64,000 nt of DNA, from IMG/VR virus record IMGVR_UViG_3300020160_002689, positions 20,134-84,133 of that record; one strand, 5' to 3'. Every line of letters begins with the position of its first letter. Positions within the stretch are counted from its first letter, which is position 1. Positions 38,015 to 47,891 of this stretch are shown here, one piece after another. Origin of the DNA: a virus (lineage: Duplodnaviria; Heunggongvirae; Uroviricota; Caudoviricetes). The notes beneath the pieces were generated by a model that had not been told where the DNA came from, did not search any database, and saw nothing but the letters and a program-made list of their open reading frames with translations. A program made the translations under genes and the position numbers.

Positions 38015-38236
38015 ATGAATAGTAATGAAAAAGTTATTGAACAATTTAAGAAAGTACATGATGATTTATATGATTACTCATTAGTTAATTATATAAATAA
38101 TACAACAAAAGTTAATATTATATGTAGAAAACATGGAATTTTTAGTCAAACTCCACATCATCATAAGAGAGGTGGTGGTTGTCCAAAATGTACAAAGGGT
38201 AAAAAAGAAAGTATTTTGACAAAAGAAATATTATAA
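38015..38236 (+). CDS. small zinc-ribbon protein
   Basis: HHHKRGGGCPKC motif; 73 aa. Confidence 0.4.
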   Translation: MNSNEKVIEQFKKVHDDLYDYSLVNYINNTTKVNIICRKHGIFSQTPHHHKRGGGCPKCTKGKKESILTKEIL

Positions 38237-38728
38237 TTTTATATCTATTTGAGATCCACCTTCACGGTTTTTCATTATTCTTACTCTATCTTCTCTAATT
38301 ATACCTACAAAATCAGCCATATATAATCCTGTATTACCACCACTAAAATTGTAATCATCATTACCCATTGTATTATATATTGGACAAGTGATTAATAGTT
38401 TAAAATTGGTATCTATTAATTCAGTTGCTATTCTTTGAAGAGAGTTTTTTATTACATTAACTCTACTTGTTTCACCTCTACCTACCATAAAGTTATTTAT
38501 GTCTAATAAGAAGTGACTTGGTGTTTCAGTTCTATTATTTAATATAGTATCAATTTTAGAATCTCTTATATAAGAAAGCATAGAAAAAGATGAATTTATT
38601 TCTGGTAACTCAATATGAGAAACTTGTGAAATAATTTCATCTTTAATTTTTTCTTCCTTGAATGTGTAACCTAATAGAGAAATATTTGACTTATTAATTA
38701 ATTCAAATAAATATTCTGTTGGTTCCAT
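38231..38728 (-). CDS. hypothetical protein
   Basis: 165 aa. Confidence 0.45.
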   Translation of the reverse strand: MEPTEYLFELINKSNISLLGYTFKEEKIKDEIISQVSHIELPEINSSFSMLSYIRDSKIDTILNNRTETPSHFLLDINNFMVGRGETSRVNVIKNSLQRIATELIDTNFKLLITCPIYNTMGNDDYNFSGGNTGLYMADFVGIIREDRVRIMKNREGGSQIDIKL

Positions 38729-38732
38729 TAAA

Positions 38733-39056
38733 TTAGTTTAAATGAGTGTTAATCAATTCAGCTAATTTTTCTTTAGTTGTCATTCCTGTACTTCTTTCAA
38801 TAATCTCTCCATTTTTGAAAAGGATTAATGTAGGAATATTTCTAACTCCTAATTCAACAAGAATGTCTCTGTTTTCATCAGCATTTAATTTACCAACTTG
38901 TAATTGTTCCATAAAATCTAAAGAGATTTGATCTACAATTGGTGAAATTTGACGACATGGGCCACACCAAACAGCATGGACATCTATCAAAACTAAACCA
39001 TCTTTAATAAATTCTCCATAAGTTGAAGGAGTTAATTCTACTGCATTTGTTGCCAT
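38733..39056 (-). CDS. trx: thioredoxin
   Basis: WCGPC active site; 107 aa. Confidence 0.85.
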   Translation of the reverse strand: MATNAVELTPSTYGEFIKDGLVLIDVHAVWCGPCRQISPIVDQISLDFMEQLQVGKLNADENRDILVELGVRNIPTLILFKNGEIIERSTGMTTKEKLAELINTHLN

Positions 39057-39085
39057 AATTTTAAATTTGTTTTTGTTTATATTAA

Positions 39086-40342
39086 TTATATTGTGAAAAG
39101 TTTATCTATAACTTCTTTATCAACCTCAGTTTCATCCTCAATCAATATTTTATTTACTTTACCTCTTGTATCATTAACAATTTCTTTTCTAACTGATAAT
39201 TCAAGTAATAACTTAGTTTGTTCATCTAATTCAATATCTTTATCTAATTTATTCTTTTCTAATACAGATATTGCTATAATAGGATCATCATTATATACTT
39301 CAAGAAGTTTTCTGACTAGATTAATTTGTTCTGATAACTTTAGACCTTTTAGATTAGGTATTGCATTAGGTGCATTGTAAACAAGTCTTGAAAGAAGTTT
39401 AATATCTTCTTCACTTACTTCTTTATCAACATAACCAGGTGTATCATAAAAGTAATGTAAATGTTCCCAAATTAGTTTTAGATTTTGATTTTTATTACTA
39501 TAGATATTTCTGATATAGAATAAATAATTATCTGCTTTTAGTCCTTGTAAATTTTTATCATCAAATACTCTTTGATTACTTGATATTAATTTCCAAAGTT
39601 TAACATCTTTATTTTGTGAAACTTTAAGCCATTCAATACATTGAACATCTTTCTGTATATAAAAGAACTCACTTAGTCTATCAATGTATTTAACAAATAC
39701 CTCTAAATATCTTTCTTGAAATCTAACCTTATATGGACTCAAATAAACATTATCACTTAATGCATATTGTAAGATGTTTAACTCAAATTCAGTGAGAGTA
39801 GCATTTAATTCATCTGCCTTTTTTATTATTCTCAATACAGTATGAGAAGGTGTCTTAATATTAGTGATTCTTAATATACCTGTCTCTAAGAATTTTTCAA
39901 ATTCCTCAGTCCAGTAGTATTCATCATTATCAATTGAATATCCAACTGCAGTACAATTAATATCAAAAGAATCAATTACTACTCTTGGTTCTGGAGAATT
40001 AGATTGATATTTTATATAGTTGAACATACCATCTTTAGTAGATTCATTTATACAATAAAAATCTTTTTCTTTAGTCATAAAAGCAATACCATTATAATCT
40101 TCATACCAAATGTCTTCTTTGGTAGAGTGTTCATAAAGTGTTTGAGATTTATCTTGTACTAACTTCTCTAAAATACCATCAAATAAAAATACATCAATGT
40201 CATTTATAACTGCTTTGTTACCTGATACTTCTTCCCAGATTAGGTTTGCAATAGACCCACCAGTAATAAAACCACTTTGAGGAAGACCCCAAGTGGTTTT
40301 AATTTTATCAATTGCTCTTTTAGCTAATTGTTCTACATTCAT
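39086..40342 (-). CDS. Pol-beta-fold nucleotidyltransferase domain protein
   Basis: N-terminal ITGGSIANLIW...NDIDVFLFDG resembles the GG[SA]...DxD heads of CCA-adding/poly(A) polymerase-type nucleotidyltransferases; 418 aa. Confidence 0.45.
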   Translation of the reverse strand: MNVEQLAKRAIDKIKTTWGLPQSGFITGGSIANLIWEEVSGNKAVINDIDVFLFDGILEKLVQDKSQTLYEHSTKEDIWYEDYNGIAFMTKEKDFYCINESTKDGMFNYIKYQSNSPEPRVVIDSFDINCTAVGYSIDNDEYYWTEEFEKFLETGILRITNIKTPSHTVLRIIKKADELNATLTEFELNILQYALSDNVYLSPYKVRFQERYLEVFVKYIDRLSEFFYIQKDVQCIEWLKVSQNKDVKLWKLISSNQRVFDDKNLQGLKADNYLFYIRNIYSNKNQNLKLIWEHLHYFYDTPGYVDKEVSEEDIKLLSRLVYNAPNAIPNLKGLKLSEQINLVRKLLEVYNDDPIIAISVLEKNKLDKDIELDEQTKLLLELSVRKEIVNDTRGKVNKILIEDETEVDKEVIDKLFTI

Positions 40343-40602
40343 TATTTTTTCTTTTTAATGTTCATTATGTGAGCCATATGGTCATTAACATCTCTTGTTT
40401 TAATTTCCTCTCTTTCTTTGTAAGCATCATGTGCTAAATTCATATCAAAGTTATCTGCTTCATGAAATGCCTTAGATTGTCTTTGAATAGGACCATCAAA
40501 TGGATCTTCTATTTTAGAAGGAGTATCTTTAGTTAAAATTTTATAAATTGCACCTATTGCTAAAATAGATAACGCTATAATTGGTATAATGTAATTTGTC
40601 AT
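40342..40602 (-). CDS. small membrane-anchored protein
   Basis: N-terminal hydrophobic helix; 86 aa. Confidence 0.35.
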   Translation of the reverse strand: MTNYIIPIIALSILAIGAIYKILTKDTPSKIEDPFDGPIQRQSKAFHEADNFDMNLAHDAYKEREEIKTRDVNDHMAHIMNIKKKK

Positions 40603-40607
40603 ATTTT

Positions 40608-41288
40608 TTATAAATACATTTCATCTATCTCAGAAAACTCTTTCTTAGATTGTTCCATTAGAATATGACGTCCATTTCTAATTTGTGATTTTATAGTAGA
40701 TAAATTTTTACCTAATAAGTCTGCAATGTCTTTATAAGCCATTCTGTTTATCTCTCTCATTTCAATAACTGTCTTATAAGGTTCTTTCAATTCTGAGATA
40801 TGTTTTTTCAAAACATCTGCTTTTTTACTATAGACATCATAAACTGCTTCATTACTCTCAGTTTCTTGTATAAAGTCTTTTAGTGTAGTACCTTCATCAT
40901 CAAACTCAATGTCTAATGAGATACTTCTGTTTTCTATTTTTAAGTCTTGTAGTGCAAGATTTCTTGCTATTGTAAATAACCAAGTTGAAAATTGAGCTTT
41001 CTCTTTGTCATACTTGTCTATTTTTTCTAGTGCTACTATGAAAGAGTCTGTAGAAATATCCTCTGCTTTTTGCACATCCTTACATATCTTAGATATGAAG
41101 TAAATTAATTTTGGGTAATACTTTTGGTAAAGTGTTGAAAAGTCTTTACCTGTTCTTTCTTTAAAAATTTTCTCTTGTTCACTGAACAAACTCATTGGGG
41201 CTGTTGATACCATTAATTGCTTTTTAGTTTTTTGTTGACTTGCTGTCAATTGCTTTTGATTGTTTTTGATTGCTTTATATTGTAACAA
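40608..41288 (-). CDS. RNA polymerase sigma factor (sigma-70/ECF-like regions 2 and 4)
   Basis: FSTWLFTIARNLALQDLK (region 2.x) and AYKDIADLLGKNLSTIKSQIRNGRHIL (region 4 HTH). Confidence 0.7.
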   Translation of the reverse strand: MLQYKAIKNNQKQLTASQQKTKKQLMVSTAPMSLFSEQEKIFKERTGKDFSTLYQKYYPKLIYFISKICKDVQKAEDISTDSFIVALEKIDKYDKEKAQFSTWLFTIARNLALQDLKIENRSISLDIEFDDEGTTLKDFIQETESNEAVYDVYSKKADVLKKHISELKEPYKTVIEMREINRMAYKDIADLLGKNLSTIKSQIRNGRHILMEQSKKEFSEIDEMYL

Positions 41289-41344
41289 TTTATATTACAA
41301 AGTATATATAAAGTTTGATTAGTTCTCTATGTTTTTTATACTTT

Positions 41345-41860
41345 TTAATTGTCAAAGAAGAATACACACCTAACCTTTTCAGGATCAGTATCTAATTGTT
41401 TCATCTTTTCAATTGTTTCAAAAAATTCTGAAAGGTACTGAATTTCATACTTTGACCAATCAACATCTAATAATTCTTTTAATGTAAAGTAAGATTTTGA
41501 ATGAGCATCTCCTTCCCATTGTTTTAATTGTTCTCTATATGCATCAGATATATCACCAGGAACACCTCTTGGTTCACTAATCTTATCACAATCTCTATCA
41601 CCTCTAACACCTGCTAAAATTTCAAATAGATAGTAATTTCTACCACTATAAAATCTTTTATTCCTAACTACTGACCAGTATGCATATTCATCATCTTCAT
41701 CAAGATACTCCCAACTATCTGCAGTAATCCACCTTGGTTCAGGTTCTGTTTCTAATACTTCTAGTAATTTGGTATTTCTTTCTTCCAGGACACTTTTTGG
41801 CCCTTCATAATCTTTGTCTGTTGAAAACCTTTCAACAAAGAAATGTATGTCACATCCCAT
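41345..41860 (-). CDS. hypothetical protein
   Basis: 171 aa. Confidence 0.45.
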   Translation of the reverse strand: MGCDIHFFVERFSTDKDYEGPKSVLEERNTKLLEVLETEPEPRWITADSWEYLDEDDEYAYWSVVRNKRFYSGRNYYLFEILAGVRGDRDCDKISEPRGVPGDISDAYREQLKQWEGDAHSKSYFTLKELLDVDWSKYEIQYLSEFFETIEKMKQLDTDPEKVRCVFFFDN

Positions 41861-41870
41861 AATTTTAATT

Positions 41871-42482
41871 TTAGGTTAATACTTGATTTATTTTTTTCTC
41901 TCTATTCTCTGCAATTATTTCTTGTATATAATCACTAAGACCTTCTTTTTTAAGAATATCAATGTTTTTATATACATTATTCTTCTCAACATAATCTTCA
42001 ATATAGAATGGTTGATTAACTCTTAACCATTCAAACCATGCTTCTTGATTATCAATATCAATATTTGGTCTATCCCAATCTTGTTGAATAATTTTAGATT
42101 TGTCAAATGATGGTAAATCACCAACACTTGCTTTGACCATTTCAATATTTACTTTTAATTGATAGTTATTTCTTGGATCAAATTTATATTCTGCTACTAT
42201 TATATCCAACATTTTTTTACCAACTAATGTAAACTTTATTTCACCTTCATGAAAAATACAAAGTGCTGTCTTATTAACTTGTTGTCTATAAATATTATTG
42301 TAGCCATCCTCTTTGTAAAGTTTATTAGTTAGAGCTTTTCTTAAAATTCCATCTGATGTATCATATATTATCTTCTGACCAATAAAAAATCCTCTTAGTT
42401 CTTCTACTGTAGAAAAACCACCTTTCTTTTTTAATATTGGTAGTATTTTAACTACATCACCATCTTTTAGTTTATACATCAT
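41871..42482 (-). CDS. hypothetical protein
   Basis: 203 aa. Confidence 0.45.
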   Translation of the reverse strand: MMYKLKDGDVVKILPILKKKGGFSTVEELRGFFIGQKIIYDTSDGILRKALTNKLYKEDGYNNIYRQQVNKTALCIFHEGEIKFTLVGKKMLDIIVAEYKFDPRNNYQLKVNIEMVKASVGDLPSFDKSKIIQQDWDRPNIDIDNQEAWFEWLRVNQPFYIEDYVEKNNVYKNIDILKKEGLSDYIQEIIAENREKKINQVLT

Positions 42483-43191
42483 CTTCTAATAATTTATCTA
42501 ATACAATTGCTCTTAACTCTGATTTTGCTGGTTTCCACTGTGTCATATGTGAATGAATTCTATCCATACCAAATGATTTCCAGTATGCTTCAATTGCATC
42601 ATAATCTTGTCTTGGACTACCAATACCAGTTTTAGCTTTCTCAAAACCATACCATCTTGGTTCAAATCCACCTGCAAAGAAATCCATTATAAAGTTAGCA
42701 AATTCTTTTAGAACTTCTCTTTCTAATCCATAATCATAATCATCTAAATAATCATCATAGTCTTCATCTTCATAATCTTTTTTCTCAATTACTCCACAGA
42801 TTTCTAATTCTTCTCTTACATCACCTTCAACTGCAGAGTTACCAAATGGTCTTTTATAACCCATCATTATAGAATTACCTTCTAAACTACCATGATTATC
42901 TACATCAAGATATAGTTGTCTCATTAAATTAACAAGATACTTTCTCTTATCATTAAGATGATATTTGTGAATTAATTCTACAGAAGGTTCTGCAGTCATT
43001 GTTAAAAACTGCATTGTGATCCAAAGGTCTTGTAGTTCTTCATCAGTACCATCAAAGTACCACTTTACCATATCATCATAGTAACCTGACTCTTCAACTT
43101 TACCTTGAAGAGTCTTAATTTTATCTAATACAGATTTCTCTATAGTATATGACCTTTCTTCCCAGTCATAAAAAAATTGACTATCTACCAT
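42472..43191 (-). CDS. hypothetical acidic protein
   Basis: 239 aa with a D/E/Y-rich segment. Confidence 0.45.
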   Translation of the reverse strand: MVDSQFFYDWEERSYTIEKSVLDKIKTLQGKVEESGYYDDMVKWYFDGTDEELQDLWITMQFLTMTAEPSVELIHKYHLNDKRKYLVNLMRQLYLDVDNHGSLEGNSIMMGYKRPFGNSAVEGDVREELEICGVIEKKDYEDEDYDDYLDDYDYGLEREVLKEFANFIMDFFAGGFEPRWYGFEKAKTGIGSPRQDYDAIEAYWKSFGMDRIHSHMTQWKPAKSELRAIVLDKLLEDDV

Positions 43192-43768
43192 ATTTAGAAT
43201 CTAAAGTGTTCATCAATGCTACTCTAATCACATCTTCACCAACTAATTCAATTCTACTTTTGAATAGTTTATAGTTCTCTTTAGATGTTTCAGTTGAGTT
43301 AATCTTTTGGATTAATGAATTTACAAATCCTTCACCAAAGTTACCAACCATGTTTCCTTTACCATCTTTGAAATCTTTATTTTCTAAAAGATTATATTTA
43401 ATGTCATGAATGTTTGCCATTAAACATTTGATAGGACAAGGTACAATGTTTCCTGCTTCTGTAAAGACTCTTACATTATCACCAATCATTTGTGTAATAA
43501 TTTCATTGCTGGTTGTGATGATAATTACCTCTGGTTTTGGACTTGCAACAATCATACCAATAAGTGAACTTAATTGTCCTCTTGGAATAGTGTTCTCTGG
43601 GAATACAAAAATGTTATCAGCCCACTCTAAATTCTTTTCAAAGTATTCTGCAGTGTGGTATGGTGCTACTAAACACTTAATAACCTTCCCATCATAGAAC
43701 ATTTTAGTAAAATCTTCTTGTCCTTTTTCTAATTTAAAAATCTCTTTATTTATCATATTTTTATCCAT
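43181..43768 (-). CDS. hypothetical protein
   Basis: 195 aa. Confidence 0.45.
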   Translation of the reverse strand: MDKNMINKEIFKLEKGQEDFTKMFYDGKVIKCLVAPYHTAEYFEKNLEWADNIFVFPENTIPRGQLSSLIGMIVASPKPEVIIITTSNEIITQMIGDNVRVFTEAGNIVPCPIKCLMANIHDIKYNLLENKDFKDGKGNMVGNFGEGFVNSLIQKINSTETSKENYKLFKSRIELVGEDVIRVALMNTLDSKYGR

Positions 43769-44177
43769 TTAATATTTGGTCAATTTTATCATTTCTCATT
43801 TTTGATGTTTCATCAATCCACTCAATGTCTGTTGATAACATCCAAGTATTATCAACCATTTCTGCAAGTTTTTTCTTAGTTGTGGTATCATTATATTCTG
43901 AACGGCTTGATACCATTGAGATAACTTCAACTTTTGACTTAGTAGAGGTAGATTCTAACTCACCTAATTCAAACTGTACTTCAAATGATTTTTTATTTTC
44001 ACCAGAACCACCACTATATCCATTAGACCAAATGCCTCGTCTAGTGTATTTTGGTTCTTCTTTAGATTTTTTAGTTTCTGTTTCTGTTTCTTTCTGTTCT
44101 TTTGAATTTCCAATTAAAAATCCTAAACCCCCAAATACTAATCCACCTACTAAAAATCCTACTATAAATGTCCACAT
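43761..44177 (-). CDS. membrane-anchored hypothetical protein
   Basis: N-terminal hydrophobic helix (FIVGFLVGGLVFGGLGFLIG); 138 aa. Confidence 0.4.
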   Translation of the reverse strand: MWTFIVGFLVGGLVFGGLGFLIGNSKEQKETETETKKSKEEPKYTRRGIWSNGYSGGSGENKKSFEVQFELGELESTSTKSKVEVISMVSSRSEYNDTTTKKKLAEMVDNTWMLSTDIEWIDETSKMRNDKIDQILNG

Positions 44178-44181
44178 AACT

Positions 44182-44484
44182 TTAATCTATTAATTTATTT
44201 AACTTTTTTTCTCTAATTCTTCTTGTTACCTCATTTCTGAGTAATTCTTTATCAGTATTAAACTCTCTATAATATCTGAACTTATATGCAGTCATTATGG
44301 TATTAAACTGTTTTTCATCTGCATTAATCATGTTATCTAAGATACCATCTTCAACACCTTTATAAAATCCGACTGTACCAAAATCTTCACCTCTATGATT
44401 ATCATTATATCTTTTGAGAATATCAGTCATTTCTTTCATATTTTGAATCATATTATCTAAATGTAATTCTAATTCTTCATTCAT
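44182..44484 (-). CDS. hypothetical protein
   Basis: 100 aa. Confidence 0.4.
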   Translation of the reverse strand: MNEELELHLDNMIQNMKEMTDILKRYNDNHRGEDFGTVGFYKGVEDGILDNMINADEKQFNTIMTAYKFRYYREFNTDKELLRNEVTRRIREKKLNKLID

Positions 44485-44485
44485 A

Positions 44486-44797
44486 CTAAATATTTTCTAA
44501 AATTGATTTCCAAGTTTTTTCACCTAATTCAGGTTCAATCTTTTTTGTAACTACATATATAGATGTCTGAAATATTTCACCTTCTTCAATTGGTGCAGAT
44601 AAAATAGTTCTTTGATCATATACATATAAAACTACACAATGATAATAAGTTGATTCATTACCAATAATACTTTTGAAACACATAACATCACCTTTATTAG
44701 GTATTCTGTCTGTTTCAAAATCTGTTGGTAAATCAATTTGTTTATCAATATCAACAAATGTTATACCATTATAAAATGCACTTTTCTGTTTATCCAT
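44486..44797 (-). CDS. hypothetical protein
   Basis: 103 aa; abuts the ligase gene. Confidence 0.4.
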   Translation of the reverse strand: MDKQKSAFYNGITFVDIDKQIDLPTDFETDRIPNKGDVMCFKSIIGNESTYYHCVVLYVYDQRTILSAPIEEGEIFQTSIYVVTKKIEPELGEKTWKSILENI

Positions 44798-46617
44798 TAT
44801 TTCAACATATCTTCTAATTCAGCAACAGTAAGAATTGTTACTCCTAAACTGATTGCTTTTGTTTCTTTACTTGATCCTGACCCTTTGGCTTTCATTACAA
44901 GGTGAGTAGTAGTTTTTGATACAGATGAACCAATTTTACCACCTCTTGATTCAATTACTTCTTCTAAGTCAGCTCTTCTTACTCCAGTGAATACAAATGA
45001 AGTGTTTGCTAAATCATCACCAACTTGTACTGCTTCTACTTTCTCTGCAATTGTTACAGGAAGACCTTTAACAAAAGTAAAGAATTTATCATAACTATCC
45101 AAATAAGATTTTGCAGAAATCTCAGCAAATCCTTCAATTGACATAACTTGTTGTAATGTAGGTTTTTCATCAAACTCTAAAAGAGCTAATTTTTTACTAC
45201 CAAGTCCTTTGAAGAAACCTGTAGCATGTTGTAGTTTAGATAACTCAACATTTGTAGTGGCTTTTCTGATTGAGTCAAAAACAATAGCTGCTTTTCTTTT
45301 ACCAAATCTATCAATAGATTCTAAATCTTTTTTAGTTGCATTTAATACAGCTTCAATTGTTTGATAACCAGCATCCCATAATTGAGTAATAACTCCTTCA
45401 CCAACATTGTCTGCTTCTAAAATTTCAAAGAAAGCAACAATTTGTTTTAATTTTTGTTCATCAGTTTCAGTTAAAGTGATTACTTCAATACCAGCTTCAT
45501 TCCATCCAAGTTCAACACCTTCAATAGTAGGCATAACAAAATCAACTGATTTTAAAACTTCAACAATTTTAGGAATAACCATACCACTTCGGATTACTCT
45601 AATTTTTGATCCAATACCTAATCCATTTTCTTTAACAAATTTTGCATTATTTCCAGTTACATTTGAAACAGTAACACCATCTAAGTTTATAGGTTCCACT
45701 TGTAGAACAGGTTTTAATAAACCTTGTTTAGAAATATTCCAAGTTATTCCTGTTACTGTTGTTATTTTATTTTCAACAAAAGAAATGTGTTTAAATGCTC
45801 TTGAAAAACAAGGATTTGATGTTGAGGTTTCTCTACCTAATTCTTCTTGTAGTTTTAGATTATTTATTTCAATAATAAGACCATCAATCTCATAATCAAT
45901 AGACCATTCCTTAAATAATTCAATTAATAAACTTTCTGATAAATCACTTATTTTTGAAATGTGATAGGAAACTTTAATCTCTTGATTACTATTTAATTCA
46001 TCAATGAGTTCTTTTTTTGTAGATAATCCATCAATTATACCACCATATTTTATATAATCAATATCTTCTAATATATCATGTATAGTTTTAGAATTCAACA
46101 TCCCTGCAACTAAGTTTCTAGGATTAGCAAATTCTTTGGAGTATTTATCTAAAAATACTTTTTTAGACATTATAGCTTCTCCATAAGTTATGGAAAAGTT
46201 TGTATTTTTATTAAGTTTATTATTTATTAATTTATAATGTTCATTGGAGTTTTGTCCAATAAAACCATCACCTCTTGTAGTTGCAGTATCTTTTGTTTCA
46301 TCAACACATAAAGATAATCCATCAAACTTAGGAGTAATAATTACTTCTTCATTTTTAGATATTCCTTTTAGCCTACACCAATCAGATATTTCCTCCATAG
46401 TTTTAATCTTATTCATACTAAACATAGGAATAGGTAATTTAACCTTTCTAGAATCATCCAATACTTCAATTCCTACTTTATTAAAGTATTCATTTTCTGG
46501 ATCATACTCTAAAAGAGTTTCTAGTAATTGATCATAATCATAATCAGACATTATAGGATTTCCTTGTCTGTATTTATCATTAGCTTCTTCTAATTTTGCT
46601 ACTATTCTATCTATCAT
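44797..46617 (-). CDS. ligA: NAD-dependent DNA ligase
   Basis: Adenylation motif ITPKFDGLS (KxDG), OB/HhH regions and a C-terminal BRCT (FVFTGVRRADLEEVIESRGGKIGSSVSKTTTHLV); 606 aa. Confidence 0.9.
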   Translation of the reverse strand: MIDRIVAKLEEANDKYRQGNPIMSDYDYDQLLETLLEYDPENEYFNKVGIEVLDDSRKVKLPIPMFSMNKIKTMEEISDWCRLKGISKNEEVIITPKFDGLSLCVDETKDTATTRGDGFIGQNSNEHYKLINNKLNKNTNFSITYGEAIMSKKVFLDKYSKEFANPRNLVAGMLNSKTIHDILEDIDYIKYGGIIDGLSTKKELIDELNSNQEIKVSYHISKISDLSESLLIELFKEWSIDYEIDGLIIEINNLKLQEELGRETSTSNPCFSRAFKHISFVENKITTVTGITWNISKQGLLKPVLQVEPINLDGVTVSNVTGNNAKFVKENGLGIGSKIRVIRSGMVIPKIVEVLKSVDFVMPTIEGVELGWNEAGIEVITLTETDEQKLKQIVAFFEILEADNVGEGVITQLWDAGYQTIEAVLNATKKDLESIDRFGKRKAAIVFDSIRKATTNVELSKLQHATGFFKGLGSKKLALLEFDEKPTLQQVMSIEGFAEISAKSYLDSYDKFFTFVKGLPVTIAEKVEAVQVGDDLANTSFVFTGVRRADLEEVIESRGGKIGSSVSKTTTHLVMKAKGSGSSKETKAISLGVTILTVAELEDMLK

Positions 46618-46618
46618 A

Positions 46619-46804
46619 TTAAAATTCTTTTTCTATATTTTTACCTCTTTTTTCCATATCTTCTCTAATCAACTTTTCAATATATCTTGATCTCTTGGGT
46701 ATTTCATTTTTATCCAAGTAATCATCCAATTTATCTAATAACTTTTCATTAACAGAAAATGATATTTTTCTTTTCTTTTTATCCTCAGATTTCTTATTTG
46801 CCAT
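46619..46804 (-). CDS. ribbon-helix-helix (CopG/Arc-like) DNA-binding protein
   Basis: KISFSVNEKLLDKLDDYL...SRYIEKLIRED is a typical RHH beta-strand plus two helices. Confidence 0.5.
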   Translation of the reverse strand: MANKKSEDKKKRKISFSVNEKLLDKLDDYLDKNEIPKRSRYIEKLIREDMEKRGKNIEKEF

Positions 46805-46893
46805 TGTATAATTTTTATTTTACAAATATATATATAAAATTTCAATTTATTACAAAAAAAGTATAAAATTATTACTTTTTGAGTTTTTGAAAC

Positions 46894-46919
46894 TTAATAT
46901 ATACTATAACAAAAATAAG
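46894..46919 (+). promoter_or_regulatory. promoter-like motif TTAATATATACTATAACAAAAATAAG in divergent intergenic region
   Basis: Same family as the 16966 and 19908 motifs. Confidence 0.4.
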
Positions 46920-46929
46920 TAATTAAATT

Positions 46930-47097
46930 ATGAAAACAAAGAGTAAAAAGGAAAAAGTGATAGTATCATTATCAATAGACCAAAAATTAGATGATTATAT
47001 GAATGAAATGTTTGAAAATAAGTCTCAATATATTGAGTGGTTGGTAGAACAGGACTTATTAAAAAATGGAGTTAATTTAGAAAAAATAATATTGTAA
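46930..47097 (+). CDS. ribbon-helix-helix protein (55 aa), below the ORF-track cutoff
   Basis: IVSLSIDQKLDDYMNEMFENKSQYIEWLVEQDL is paralogous to the RHH at 46619. It ends 4 nt before the GIY-YIG gene. Confidence 0.4.
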   Translation: MKTKSKKEKVIVSLSIDQKLDDYMNEMFENKSQYIEWLVEQDLLKNGVNLEKIIL

Positions 47098-47101
47098 TAA
47101 T

Positions 47102-47842
47102 ATGGAAAGAAAAGATAATGGATATTGGACTTATGAGAGATGTAGAGAAGAAGCTTTAAAATATATTAGTTCATCTGAATTACAAAGAAAGTGTAGTAGT
47201 GTATATAATAAAATTTATATTAATGGTTGGAATGAACTTACTCAACATTTTATTAAAATTGGGAATAGATATAAAAGATTGGTGTATGTTTATGAATTTA
47301 GTGATAATTTTTTCTATGTAGGTCTTACAGGTAATATCAATAGAAGAATGAAACAACATGTTAATGATATTAATAGTTCTGTGTATAAACATTCAAATTT
47401 AACAAAGTTAAATCCAAATTTATTAATAGTATCAGATTATATTGATGTTGATAATTCAATAGAGTTGGAAAAATTATATTTGGAAAAATATATTAAAGAT
47501 GGATGGAATTCACTTAATAAAGTAAAAACAGGTAATATTGGCTCTTGTAATATAAAATGGAACAAAGAAGAATGTTTTAAAGAGAGTATAAAATATTTAA
47601 CAATAACAGATTATCAGAGGAATTCTAAAAGTTCATATAATACCGCACTTAAAAATGGTTGGATTGATGAAATATGCTCTCATATGAAAAGAAGAAAGTG
47701 TAAAAATGGTGAGTATGATAATAAGAATAAATGTTCTATTGAAGCAAGAAAATACAAAAGTAAGTCAGAGTTTCATAAAAATAATTGGAGTGCTTGGAAT
47801 TACTCAAAAAAGAATGGTTGGTTAGATGAATTTTACAACTAA
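47102..47842 (+). CDS. GIY-YIG nuclease (homing-endonuclease-like, with NGW repeats)
   Basis: VYVYEFSDNFFYVGLTGNINRRMKQH (GIY-YIG core); C-terminal repeated KNGW(I/L)DE modules. Confidence 0.7.
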   Translation: MERKDNGYWTYERCREEALKYISSSELQRKCSSVYNKIYINGWNELTQHFIKIGNRYKRLVYVYEFSDNFFYVGLTGNINRRMKQHVNDINSSVYKHSNLTKLNPNLLIVSDYIDVDNSIELEKLYLEKYIKDGWNSLNKVKTGNIGSCNIKWNKEECFKESIKYLTITDYQRNSKSSYNTALKNGWIDEICSHMKRRKCKNGEYDNKNKCSIEARKYKSKSEFHKNNWSAWNYSKKNGWLDEFYN

Positions 47843-47891
47843 CTTTTACTAAATAATACAATATAAGTATAAATAAAAAAGAAATATAATA

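Noticed and set aside
45407-46531. +strand ORFs (45407..45895, 46244..46531) inside ligA
   Set aside because: Antisense shadows of a complete, motif-rich NAD-dependent ligase gene.
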